DNA from: a virus
Taxonomy: Duplodnaviria > Caudoviricetes
IMG/VR virus record: IMGVR_UViG_3300045999_003786
Location: 1 to 60,976 of that record
Direction: 5' to 3' (one strand)
Length of the DNA stretch: 60,976 nucleotides
Below are positions 16,780 to 25,664 of this stretch, piece after piece. Position numbers and translations under genes: made by a program. The first letter of the stretch is position 1. Every line of letters begins with the position of its first letter. The notes beneath the pieces were generated by a model. That model searched no databases and was not told the origin of the DNA. It worked only from the letters and a program-made list of their open reading frames with translations.

Positions 16780-17463
16780 ATGTATCTTATAAGCAACATT
16801 CCGTACTTTAAGTGCTGGGTACGAAAAGAATTTACCAACGGCCACCAGAACTACCACGGCGAGTACGTCCATGCGCTGGCTGTTGCGGTTACTACGATGC
16901 CGGATAGGTGCTTGTCGTTTCAACTGATCTTCACAGGGTGCGAGGCCGACGACGGTAGCCAGCCGAATGTGCATGGCGGTGCGATGTGGGCAAGAATGCC
17001 GATTACTGCGCTGGTTGGTGACATACCGCTGGAAGAGTGGCCCGAGCGCATGGAAACGCACTTTGTGCAGCCGTGGGACTGCAGCTCCTACCACCACAGC
17101 ATCATCTCCATCGACCGGGCTAAACCGTCCCAGTGGCTGTGCAAGATCGACAATCAGTTCTTCAAGGGCCGCTATCTGTTTACCGTTGACTACGCCGAGA
17201 GCGACGTGGCCGAAGACCCTGCGCAGCACAAGCAGACCCACGTCCTCATCCTGACCGATGCTGGCAAGTGGACCGGAAATATTGTAGCTTTACCAAACAA
17301 CCGGGTGCGTGTCACGAGCCCCGCGTACTGGGTTACGGGTGAAGGCGCACCGGACTTTAAACCCAGCCAGTGGATACACTGTGCAGAGCAGGATGATTCG
17401 TATCTGGACCCTAATGTAACCTTCAACAACTTGTATGCGGAGAACGAAAATGATGAAAGCTAA
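16780..17463 (+). CDS. Conserved hypothetical phage protein
   Basis: 227 aa, Trp/His/Cys rich (GGAMWARMP, QPWDC, YLFTVD, QHKQTH, ALPNNR); function unknown. Confidence 0.75.
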   Translation: MYLISNIPYFKCWVRKEFTNGHQNYHGEYVHALAVAVTTMPDRCLSFQLIFTGCEADDGSQPNVHGGAMWARMPITALVGDIPLEEWPERMETHFVQPWDCSSYHHSIISIDRAKPSQWLCKIDNQFFKGRYLFTVDYAESDVAEDPAQHKQTHVLILTDAGKWTGNIVALPNNRVRVTSPAYWVTGEGAPDFKPSQWIHCAEQDDSYLDPNVTFNNLYAENENDES

Positions 17464-17704
17464 AATGATGAAAGCGGGCGGAATGCCCATGACTACTAAA
17501 GACGGCAAGAAAGTTCCTGCGTTTGCTGCAGATGGCAAAGGCAAGATGGCCGCTGGTGGTATGGCTAAGAAAGGTTACGCAGCTGGTGGTATGGCTACCA
17601 AGGGCGGCGCAGCAGGTGGTGCAGCTGCAGCTAAAAAGCTTGGTGGCAAGGTGCGCGGTGCCGGCATTGCAATCAAAGGTACGCGACCTGCGAAGATGTC
17701 GTAA
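17450..17704 (+). CDS. Small basic protein with tandem (M/Y)-x-A/K-GG repeats
   Basis: MKAGG, MAAGG, YAAGG, ATKGG, ending RGAGIAIKGT; SD GGAG. Confidence 0.7.
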   Translation: MMKAKMMKAGGMPMTTKDGKKVPAFAADGKGKMAAGGMAKKGYAAGGMATKGGAAGGAAAAKKLGGKVRGAGIAIKGTRPAKMS

Positions 17705-17713
17705 AGGGTTTAG

Positions 17714-19579
17714 ATGGCGTACTTTCGACTTAATCTAGCCCCCGGCATCGACAAACAGAACACTGAATACGGTGCCGAGGGCGGCTGGACGAACTGCGAT
17801 AACGTGCGGTTTCGTTATGGCCTGCCCGAGAAAATAGGCGGCTGGATTAATTTTGAAGGTGTCGAAGTCTATCTGGTGGGCATGGTCAGTGAGGTGTTCA
17901 CTTGGACCAGCCTGTCCGGTATTCCTCACGTCATCGTGGGTACGACTCGCAAGTTATACGTGTGGGCTAACGGCGCGTGGAGCGACATTACTCCGATCCG
18001 TGAAACCACAGCCGCTGGCGCAGTGACCTTTGCCGCCGTTACCGGATCTGCCACGCTCACCGTCTCCGACAGCAGCCACGGCGCAATCGTGGGTGATTTT
18101 GTCACCTTCTCAGGTGCTACCAGTCTTGGCGGCAATATCACTGCTGCCATCCTCAACGCTCAGTACGAAGTAACCTCCGTTGTTAACGCAAACAGCTACA
18201 CGATCACTGCCCCTGTCGCGGCCAATTCCTCGGACTCGGCTAACGGCGGTGCGAGTGTCGTGGGTGCCTACCAGATCAACATTGGCTCTGACGTGGACTT
18301 CTTCGACTTCGGCTGGGGCGTCGGAACGTGGGGCTTGAGCACATGGGGCACACCACGAACCTCGAGCACGGGTGTGGCACTGACCTCACGCGTGTGGCAG
18401 TTCGACAACTTCGGCGAAGACGCCATCTGTCAGCTGGTTAACGGTCAGACGTTCCTGTGGGACTTGAGTGCCGGTGTCGCGACCCGTGCGACCGTGCTCT
18501 CCGGTGCCCCTACCAAAAGCACCTATGCTCTGGTCTCCACGCCGGATCGGCATCTTGTCTGCTTTGGTACAGAGACCTCGATAGGCTCGCCCTCAACGCA
18601 AGATCCCATGTTTGTGCGATTCTCCAATCAAGAGGAGATCACGCAGTTTGTCGAGAGCGCGACGAACACGGCTGGCGGCCAACGGCTCACGGACGGTAAC
18701 CGTATCGTTACGGCGATCAGATCGCGCGGTCAGATTCTAATCTTTACCGACACGGCGCTTCACGGGCAGCAGTTCATTGGGCCACCCTTCACCTTCGGCT
18801 TCCAGCAGCTGGGCGCCAACTGCGGGTGCATCGGCCCTCACGCTGCGGTGGACGTGAATGGTCTTGCCTTCTGGATGGGCACCGAGGCTTTCTACATCTT
18901 CGACGGTACGGTCAAAAAGCTCCCCTGCACCGTGCAGGATTACGTCTTTAAAGACCTCAATCAAGTGCAGAAGACCAAGGTCCACGTTGGCCTGAACAGC
19001 CAGTTCAACGAGGTAACGTGGTGGTACTGCTCGATCACCAGCGACTTTATTGATCGCTGCGTGACGTACAACTACCTCGAAAACACATGGGCAATCGGCA
19101 CGATGGCACGCACGTCGTGGGTAGATCTGAGCGCGTTCCCCAAGCCGCTGGGCGCGAAGTATGAGCCTGACGCAACCGACGCTACTATCAGCACGATCTA
19201 CGGCCTGACCGCTGGGCGGGCGTTGATCTATCAACAGGAGACCGGCACAGACGACGTGAATCTGCCGCTGGAGTCGCTACTGACCTCTGGCTATTTTGAC
19301 ATCGGCGACGGGGACAACATGCTGTTGATGTCGCGCTTTATCCCCGACTTTAAAAACCAAGTGGGGGATCTGACAATCAGGCTTCTGCTGCGTGCATTCC
19401 CGCAGGCACTGGCAAGCCCCAGCTCTCTTGATCCGTACATCATCACGCCAACGACCACCAAAGTGGACACCCGTGCGCGTGGCCGACAGATCTCGATTAC
19501 AATTGAGAACGACGAGCTGGGGGCCACATGGCGCTACGGTACGCTGCGTGTTGACCTGCAACCGGACGGTTTGCGATGA
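17714..19579 (+). CDS. Tail hub/nozzle protein (P22 gp10-like DNA stabilisation protein)
   Basis: 621 aa beta-propeller-like; NVRFR.GLPEKIGGW, RFSNQE, GCIGPHA and RARGRQ; lies before the ejection genes. Confidence 0.7.
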   Translation: MAYFRLNLAPGIDKQNTEYGAEGGWTNCDNVRFRYGLPEKIGGWINFEGVEVYLVGMVSEVFTWTSLSGIPHVIVGTTRKLYVWANGAWSDITPIRETTAAGAVTFAAVTGSATLTVSDSSHGAIVGDFVTFSGATSLGGNITAAILNAQYEVTSVVNANSYTITAPVAANSSDSANGGASVVGAYQINIGSDVDFFDFGWGVGTWGLSTWGTPRTSSTGVALTSRVWQFDNFGEDAICQLVNGQTFLWDLSAGVATRATVLSGAPTKSTYALVSTPDRHLVCFGTETSIGSPSTQDPMFVRFSNQEEITQFVESATNTAGGQRLTDGNRIVTAIRSRGQILIFTDTALHGQQFIGPPFTFGFQQLGANCGCIGPHAAVDVNGLAFWMGTEAFYIFDGTVKKLPCTVQDYVFKDLNQVQKTKVHVGLNSQFNEVTWWYCSITSDFIDRCVTYNYLENTWAIGTMARTSWVDLSAFPKPLGAKYEPDATDATISTIYGLTAGRALIYQQETGTDDVNLPLESLLTSGYFDIGDGDNMLLMSRFIPDFKNQVGDLTIRLLLRAFPQALASPSSLDPYIITPTTTKVDTRARGRQISITIENDELGATWRYGTLRVDLQPDGLR

Positions 19580-20286
19580 GTAAGATCACCAGCGTCCGTC
19601 TGCCCAACGCCTCGGCAGAGTACACGCCGGAGCAGTTCAACCAACTGGTGCGCTCGCTTGAGCAGATTATTCTGCAGCTGAACACAACCTACACCCCGAT
19701 CACCAGCGAGAACATTGCCGGTGCAGCAACGTGGATGAGCGCGGGCAGCGGAGCGGGCGGCGGGTTTGCTGGTGGAATACGCGGGTTTCAGTTATCCAAC
19801 GGCATGCTGCAGCCCCATGCAATGCTGCTGTCCGACGTTGATCAGACAAGCGCCGGCATCACCAGCGAGAATCTGCTCACCTATAACACTGTCGCGTTGA
19901 CCAACGGCATTCGTGTGGTGGATAACACCAAGATATACGTGCCCTGCAGCGGCCAGTACTTGGTGACCTTTACTCTGCAGATGACCAACCGCAGTAACTC
20001 TGCAGCAGAGCTTGAGATTTGGGCCAAGGACACTGGGGTAAACTACCCACTCAGTAATACCAGATTTGATATACCGGCAAGAAAAAGCGGCTCCATCTGG
20101 GCGCACATCGTTCCGGCAATTACGGGGATTTTCACGGTCACCGACCCAGCGGTTAACTATCTGGAGATCGCGTGGTGGTCTGACAATGCAGACGTGTATA
20201 TTGAGCATTACGCTGCCGGCACAAGCCCCACACGGCCAGCGATACCGTCTGTGATCCTCACCATCAACTTTGTGTCAGCCGGGTAA
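19576..20286 (+). CDS. Tail-associated protein (C1q-like C-terminal region possible)
   Basis: LP.A..EY.P.QFNQLVR.L N-terminus; SGQYLVTFTLQ and YLEIAW. Confidence 0.55.
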   Translation: MSKITSVRLPNASAEYTPEQFNQLVRSLEQIILQLNTTYTPITSENIAGAATWMSAGSGAGGGFAGGIRGFQLSNGMLQPHAMLLSDVDQTSAGITSENLLTYNTVALTNGIRVVDNTKIYVPCSGQYLVTFTLQMTNRSNSAAELEIWAKDTGVNYPLSNTRFDIPARKSGSIWAHIVPAITGIFTVTDPAVNYLEIAWWSDNADVYIEHYAAGTSPTRPAIPSVILTINFVSAG

Positions 20287-20291
20287 TCAGC

Positions 20292-20624
20292 ATGTCCAAC
20301 AAGTACCTTAGAAAGCCACTTATACCCGACGCGACGACAGAAACGATCATTTACACGGTGCCAGCGGCCAATACGGCAGTGCTGTCATCGCTGCGAGTGA
20401 CCAACGGTAACGCCGCAGTTGCAGCGATTTCAGTCAACCTGTACCCGGCTGGAGGCGCCACGGCACACCGGCTCCTGAAGACCTATCAGCTGCCCACGAA
20501 TCAGACGATGGACGTGTTCAGCGGCGTCCCCTGTATCCTAGAAGCTACAGACGTGCTCAAGGTGCTATCGAGCGTGGCGACGGTGACGTTTGTGCTGTCG
20601 TATCTGGAAACGGATCGGTCGTAG
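20292..20624 (+). CDS. Small virion beta protein
   Basis: YTVPAANTAVLSSLRVTN...ILEATDVLKV...SYLE. Confidence 0.65.
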   Translation: MSNKYLRKPLIPDATTETIIYTVPAANTAVLSSLRVTNGNAAVAAISVNLYPAGGATAHRLLKTYQLPTNQTMDVFSGVPCILEATDVLKVLSSVATVTFVLSYLETDRS

Positions 20625-20627
20625 CAA

Positions 20628-20656
20628 TGGACAACGAAGGCGTCTTCGTTGATAAT
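20628..20656 (+). promoter_or_regulatory. Possible sigma70 promoter for the ejection-protein operon
   Basis: TGGACA-17 nt-GATAAT in the only intergenic gap of this region. Confidence 0.45.
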
Positions 20657-20727
20657 TTTAGGTATTCTCGCGACCTTCCCCGGCGCGCGGCCCTATGCGG
20701 CCTTTTCTCTTTTACAGGATTGGTGCT

Positions 20728-22839
20728 ATGGCTATGTCTATGTCTGAAGATATGCAAGGGATCATGTCCCTTCCGGATCAGTCCGCTATGGAGCAGGCTG
20801 CTGCGCCTACTGCAGAGCAAAGCGCGGCGGTTGAGCAAATGCGCTCCCAATTGTCCCCCCGCGAAGTCAATACAGAGATGCTGGGCGCAGCCGAAGAAGC
20901 TGATCCTGCCACTGTCGCTGAGTTCAGAGCGGAACTACAAGGGCTTGAGTTGCCTCCCGAAGTGCTGGATATGCTCAACACGATGGTTGAGGAAATTCTT
21001 GATGCGCCGCAGGACTACGAGTCCATCCGCGCCAAGTACATGGCCCAAGGTCTTGAGGACCTGCTCCCCCCTGAGTTCGATGCCACCTTCTTCGGTGCGC
21101 TCAACATGGCTATCGACCAGATCCGTGGGGCGAGCCCTGCTCCGATGGGCCTAGAGGGTTTTGCACAGGGTGGCATTGCGTCTCTAGGCCGTAACGGCGA
21201 CACGATGCTGGCCCATATCACGCCGCAAGAGGCGGCCCTGCTACGCAGCAGAGGCGGCAGCGGATCAATAAACCCGCGCACAGGATTACCAGAGTTCTTC
21301 TCCCTGAAGGGTGCTTTCAAAAAAATCGGTAGAGCCGTTAAAAAATTCGCCAGTAGTACTGTTGGCAAAATCGTTATCGGCGCTGCGTTGTTCATGGTTG
21401 CCGGTCCTGCTGCAGCTTCCATGCTGAACATAACTGCGCCAGCAGCAGTTTCTGCTGTCAGCGGCTTTGTCGCTGGGGCGGGTGGCAACCTCCTCGCCGG
21501 TGGAAACTTGAAAGACTCGCTGAAGATGGGAGTAAAGGGTGCGTTGACCGCAGGGGCGCTGACTGGTATTACGCAGGGCGCGTCTGCGTTTAAAGCCCCA
21601 CCTGCTGGCACTGGGCCGCAGGTAGTCACTTCTCAGCCCTCGTTTGATGCGGCGGACGCTACACGTCCTATGCAGACCCCTGCCCCAAGCAGTCCTATGG
21701 GGGCTTCCGTTGCTGGACCCCAGCCCACCCCGATAGTCGCTGCTTTTGACCCTTTAAAGCAGGGTCTTGGCTCTACCACCATTCCACAGACCGATTTCCG
21801 GTTCTACCAAGATGCAGGCATGAGCGCAGCAGGCACGGGCGCAGCGGCACCAAGCAGCGGAGTTCTTAACCTAAACACTGCTTATGGAGACGCACGTCCC
21901 GGATTCAAAGTAGGCAACATATCTGCTCCGGTATATCGACCGACCGGAACCCCGATGATGGCTGGTGGTTTTGATCCGAGCCAAGCGGCTAGGTTGCAGG
22001 CAGCACCCCCAGTGGGGGCGGCGCCAAGTGGCGGCATTATGAACTTGGGGAAACCGGGTCCACAATCGTCAAATCAATTTAGAATTAATCTTCCTACTGC
22101 CCAAAGTCTTCCCGATTCGATGAGCCTGCCTTCTCCGGAACCCAGAGGCTTCTTTGGAAACATCAAAGGGGCATTAACACCCGGTGACGACGGCATTGGC
22201 TTTAAAGAAGGGCTTAAAGAGGCTTATTTCCCGTCTAACACTGCGATGTCGCGCGCTGACGCGCTGGCTCAGATTTCGGCTGAGCGCGGCATACCCTTGG
22301 AGCAGCTGCAGTCGCTCCCAACAAACACTATTGGTGGTCAAGAAGTCGCAGCACGGCTAGCAGAGCTCACCAAAACCCCTAACATGTTCAGACAGTTAGC
22401 TCCCCTCGCCATAACCGGCCTTGGGATCGCGGCACTGGGTGGCGGTTTTGAAGAAGAAGAGGTCAAGCCGCCAGAGGGCTTTGAAGATTTCATGTCTGGC
22501 ACTGCTGGGCAGCGGCTGCTGGAGAAAGATCCGAGCTACAATATAAACTACGGCGGGGTTAACACAGTAGCAACTGCGCCGCAGTACAGCCCCTATGTGT
22601 TCACGCCTCCGCGAGCCGCTGCCAAGGGCGGCAGCATGGACAAGCAGTTCCCCCGCAAAACAGGTCCCATCAACGGCCCCGGCACCGGCACCAGTGACGA
22701 CATCCCAGCGATGCTATCGGACGGCGAGTTCGTATTTACTGCCAAGGCCGTGCGCGGCATGGGCAACGGCTCTCGACGAGCAGGAGCGAAAAAAATGTAT
22801 GCTCTCATGAGAAAGTTGGAGGGTCGAAAAAATGGCTGA
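20728..22839 (+). CDS. Internal virion/ejection protein
   Basis: FAQGGIASLGRNGDTMLAHITP.EA..L..GGSGSINP.TGLPEF; hydrophobic helices; C-terminal GPGTGTSDDIPAMLSDGEFV (tape-measure-C-like motif). Confidence 0.7.
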   Translation: MAMSMSEDMQGIMSLPDQSAMEQAAAPTAEQSAAVEQMRSQLSPREVNTEMLGAAEEADPATVAEFRAELQGLELPPEVLDMLNTMVEEILDAPQDYESIRAKYMAQGLEDLLPPEFDATFFGALNMAIDQIRGASPAPMGLEGFAQGGIASLGRNGDTMLAHITPQEAALLRSRGGSGSINPRTGLPEFFSLKGAFKKIGRAVKKFASSTVGKIVIGAALFMVAGPAAASMLNITAPAAVSAVSGFVAGAGGNLLAGGNLKDSLKMGVKGALTAGALTGITQGASAFKAPPAGTGPQVVTSQPSFDAADATRPMQTPAPSSPMGASVAGPQPTPIVAAFDPLKQGLGSTTIPQTDFRFYQDAGMSAAGTGAAAPSSGVLNLNTAYGDARPGFKVGNISAPVYRPTGTPMMAGGFDPSQAARLQAAPPVGAAPSGGIMNLGKPGPQSSNQFRINLPTAQSLPDSMSLPSPEPRGFFGNIKGALTPGDDGIGFKEGLKEAYFPSNTAMSRADALAQISAERGIPLEQLQSLPTNTIGGQEVAARLAELTKTPNMFRQLAPLAITGLGIAALGGGFEEEEVKPPEGFEDFMSGTAGQRLLEKDPSYNINYGGVNTVATAPQYSPYVFTPPRAAAKGGSMDKQFPRKTGPINGPGTGTSDDIPAMLSDGEFVFTAKAVRGMGNGSRRAGAKKMYALMRKLEGRKNG

Positions 22840-23962
22840 TCAAACCTATGTAACCCAGATACAGGCGGAATCGCCGGCCATTGAAGCACGAAAGATTGCT
22901 TTGATGAACGAGGCAAAGCGTTTGTATGAGCAGCCGTTCAGTTTGCCGGCAATTGAAGCGGCGGGTCTGTCCGTCGGTGAGCAGCAGGCGATGGATCTGG
23001 CGCGTCAGGGCATCGGTTCGTTCGAGCCCTACATCCAAGCTGGCGCACAGGGCCTCACCCAAGGCATGGACCTCACGCAGCGCGGCGCGCTGGCGGCGGG
23101 GTCTGTCCAAACCGCGCCTCAGTTCCAAAGTGCGCAGGACATGCTGGGCCGAGCAGTGCCGGTCATCGGTCAGGGGATCGGTGGAATTCTCGGGTCTGCG
23201 CAAGCCTATGATCCGGGTTCTGCGCAGGCTTACATGAACCCCTATCAGAAGGAGGTGACGCTGCAGGGGCTGCAGGAGATGCGCCGGCAGGCAGATATCG
23301 CCCGTCAGGGTCAGGCTGCTCAGGCCGTGGGCGCAGGAGCTTTTGGGGGCACCCGTGAAGGTGTTCAGCGCTCCGAGTTTGAGCGCAACGTGCAGGATCA
23401 GATGCAGCAGCGCATCATGCAGGACTACGCTCAGAACTACCTACAGGCACAGCAAGCCGCGATGCAGGGCTTTGAGTCTCAGCAGGGGCGGCAGTTGGCC
23501 GGCGGGCAGGCGCTGGGTCAGGCAGGTATGCAGTTTGCCAATCTGGGGCAAGGGATCGGTGGGCTGACTGCTCAACAGGCCGGCATTGACCTGTCCAAGG
23601 CTCAGGCACTGGGGTCTCTCGGTGGTCAGATGGGCGGATTAGGCGTGCAGTACGGCGCGCTGGGCGAGGCCACTCAACAGCTTGGTTCAGCCGATGTTGG
23701 CATGCTCGCAGGATTGGGTGGCCTAGAGCGTCAGGTCGAACAGTCGCAGCTTGATGCGATGCGGGGCACACAGATGCAAGAGCTCATGGACCCCTATCAG
23801 CGACTAGGCTTTATGAGTGACATCTACCGTGGCGCACCGACAACTCAAATGTCCATGACTTCGCAGACGGCCCCCTCGGCAAGCCCACTGCAGACCGCAG
23901 CAGGGCTAGGTATAGCCGGTTTGTCCACAGCCGCAGCTGGAAAAACAGCAGGACTCTTCTAA
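22832..23962 (+). CDS. Internal virion/DNA transfer protein (Gln/Gly/Ala-rich)
   Basis: YMNPY, GAFGGTR and PYQRL.F motifs; low-complexity helical sequence typical of podovirus pilot proteins. Confidence 0.65.
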   Translation: MADQTYVTQIQAESPAIEARKIALMNEAKRLYEQPFSLPAIEAAGLSVGEQQAMDLARQGIGSFEPYIQAGAQGLTQGMDLTQRGALAAGSVQTAPQFQSAQDMLGRAVPVIGQGIGGILGSAQAYDPGSAQAYMNPYQKEVTLQGLQEMRRQADIARQGQAAQAVGAGAFGGTREGVQRSEFERNVQDQMQQRIMQDYAQNYLQAQQAAMQGFESQQGRQLAGGQALGQAGMQFANLGQGIGGLTAQQAGIDLSKAQALGSLGGQMGGLGVQYGALGEATQQLGSADVGMLAGLGGLERQVEQSQLDAMRGTQMQELMDPYQRLGFMSDIYRGAPTTQMSMTSQTAPSASPLQTAAGLGIAGLSTAAAGKTAGLF

Positions 23963-23972
23963 GGTGATTAAG

Positions 23973-25664
23973 ATGGCAAAAGAGAAAATGCAGATGGTCG
24001 ATGACGACGAGATCGAGAACGTCGGCATCATGTCCGGATTCTTGGACGACATCGACGAGCTGATGGAAGAGATCGAGAAAGAGGGACAGGTCGAAGAGGG
24101 TGACGATGCCGACATGGCGCGAATCCTTGACCGGCGCCCAGACTCGCCTGAGATCCTGATGAACAACTTGCGCGGTGACTACCGCTCTATCGATGCCCGC
24201 CGAGAAGAGCTGGCGGACAGGGTTGGCTACAACGCAGCCCAGCAGACCCCCGACGAAGTGCTGGCAATGCTGCAGCCTGTTTTTGCACAGCAGGGCATTG
24301 CTGCACTGCCGATGGGCGGCGCTGATGTTGGCGCGCTGCCGATGGATGCGATGACGGGTATGCAGCCCTCAGCCGGTGGTCAGCAGATGATGCCTCCAGA
24401 GATGATGGGCATGCCGCCAGAGGGCATCGCCTCGCTCCCGGCTGAGATGCCTATGCAGATGGCGCGCGGTGGGGTGGTCCAACGTTTTCAGCTAGGTAGC
24501 GGCCCAGCGGGCGTTACCAGAGCATCTTCGCCGCTGGATGACTTTTTAGCTCTACGAGGTCAGTCTCCGGAAGATACGATGGCCCGGACCCGCGAGCTGA
24601 CTCCAGAATATCAGCAGCTGCTGGGTCTCTCGGACAATCGCTCGAATCAGTCACAGATGCTGTTTGATATCGCTCAGGCGGCTCTTGGCTACGCGGCCAA
24701 CGTCGGGCCGGACGGACAGCCGCTGCGGGGCTCAGGAGCTGCTCGGCTGGCTGGTGCCACGCGGGCATTACCCGCACAGCTTGGCGCGCGTGCCGCCGCC
24801 ATGAAGGATGACGAGACGCGAGCTCGTCTGGCAGCACTGCAGCAGGCTCAGTCCGAGAGAGAGGCTATTCTGGCGTCCAATACAGCCCTGTCTGCTGATC
24901 AGCGCGCGATCTTGTTGGCGCGTGAGGCGCAGGCAAATGAGCTGGCGAATAGGGCTAAGTTCCGGATGGCTACGCCTGAGGAATTGGCGGAGCTTGGAGC
25001 CCCCCCAGAGTCCATTGTTCAGGTCGATGAGACGACCGGAAAGTTTGATATAACGCGCCCGAATCCGGCGACCAATATCAATGTCGGCGGTGGCAAGCTG
25101 AGCGACGTTTTGAGCACCAATGCAGCCAACCAGCTCGATGCATCCTACACGCAAGCCACTGCTGCATTGGGCACGCTTAACACGGTGAATAACGTCCGTC
25201 CTTTGCTGGAACAAGAGTTGTTTAATGGTCCGCTCAGCTCGGCGGCAATGGTAGTGTCCAGACTAGGCCAGTCCCTCGGGGTTGGCGGGGAAAACAGTCA
25301 GGAGATGTTGCAAAACACGGTTATGGCAATGCAGGGTCTTGCAGAGTTCGAGCTTCTGGCTGCGCAGGCTATGCGTGGACAAGGCGCTATTACTGAAAAC
25401 GAACGCGCACTGATTCGCAGAGCATCTGCTGGTGATCTTGGAACGATGACACAAGGCGAAGTTAAAGAACTGATGGGTGCGCTCGAAAAGACGGCAAAAT
25501 ATCGCATTCAGTCGCACGAAAACAGGCTTGCTCAATATCAAAGCGTGCTCAAAGACGACCCTGCCTCAACGCAACTCTTGGGGCTTTATCAGCTTGGCAA
25601 TGCGCCAACCATGCCAGCGCCGACCGTTATCAGCCTTGACTCGCAGGGGAACCGTATCCAATGA
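23973..25664 (+). CDS. Internal virion/ejection protein
   Basis: Acidic N-terminal segment ending in MARGG; C-terminal GQGAITENE motif. Confidence 0.65.
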   Translation: MAKEKMQMVDDDEIENVGIMSGFLDDIDELMEEIEKEGQVEEGDDADMARILDRRPDSPEILMNNLRGDYRSIDARREELADRVGYNAAQQTPDEVLAMLQPVFAQQGIAALPMGGADVGALPMDAMTGMQPSAGGQQMMPPEMMGMPPEGIASLPAEMPMQMARGGVVQRFQLGSGPAGVTRASSPLDDFLALRGQSPEDTMARTRELTPEYQQLLGLSDNRSNQSQMLFDIAQAALGYAANVGPDGQPLRGSGAARLAGATRALPAQLGARAAAMKDDETRARLAALQQAQSEREAILASNTALSADQRAILLAREAQANELANRAKFRMATPEELAELGAPPESIVQVDETTGKFDITRPNPATNINVGGGKLSDVLSTNAANQLDASYTQATAALGTLNTVNNVRPLLEQELFNGPLSSAAMVVSRLGQSLGVGGENSQEMLQNTVMAMQGLAEFELLAAQAMRGQGAITENERALIRRASAGDLGTMTQGEVKELMGALEKTAKYRIQSHENRLAQYQSVLKDDPASTQLLGLYQLGNAPTMPAPTVISLDSQGNRIQ

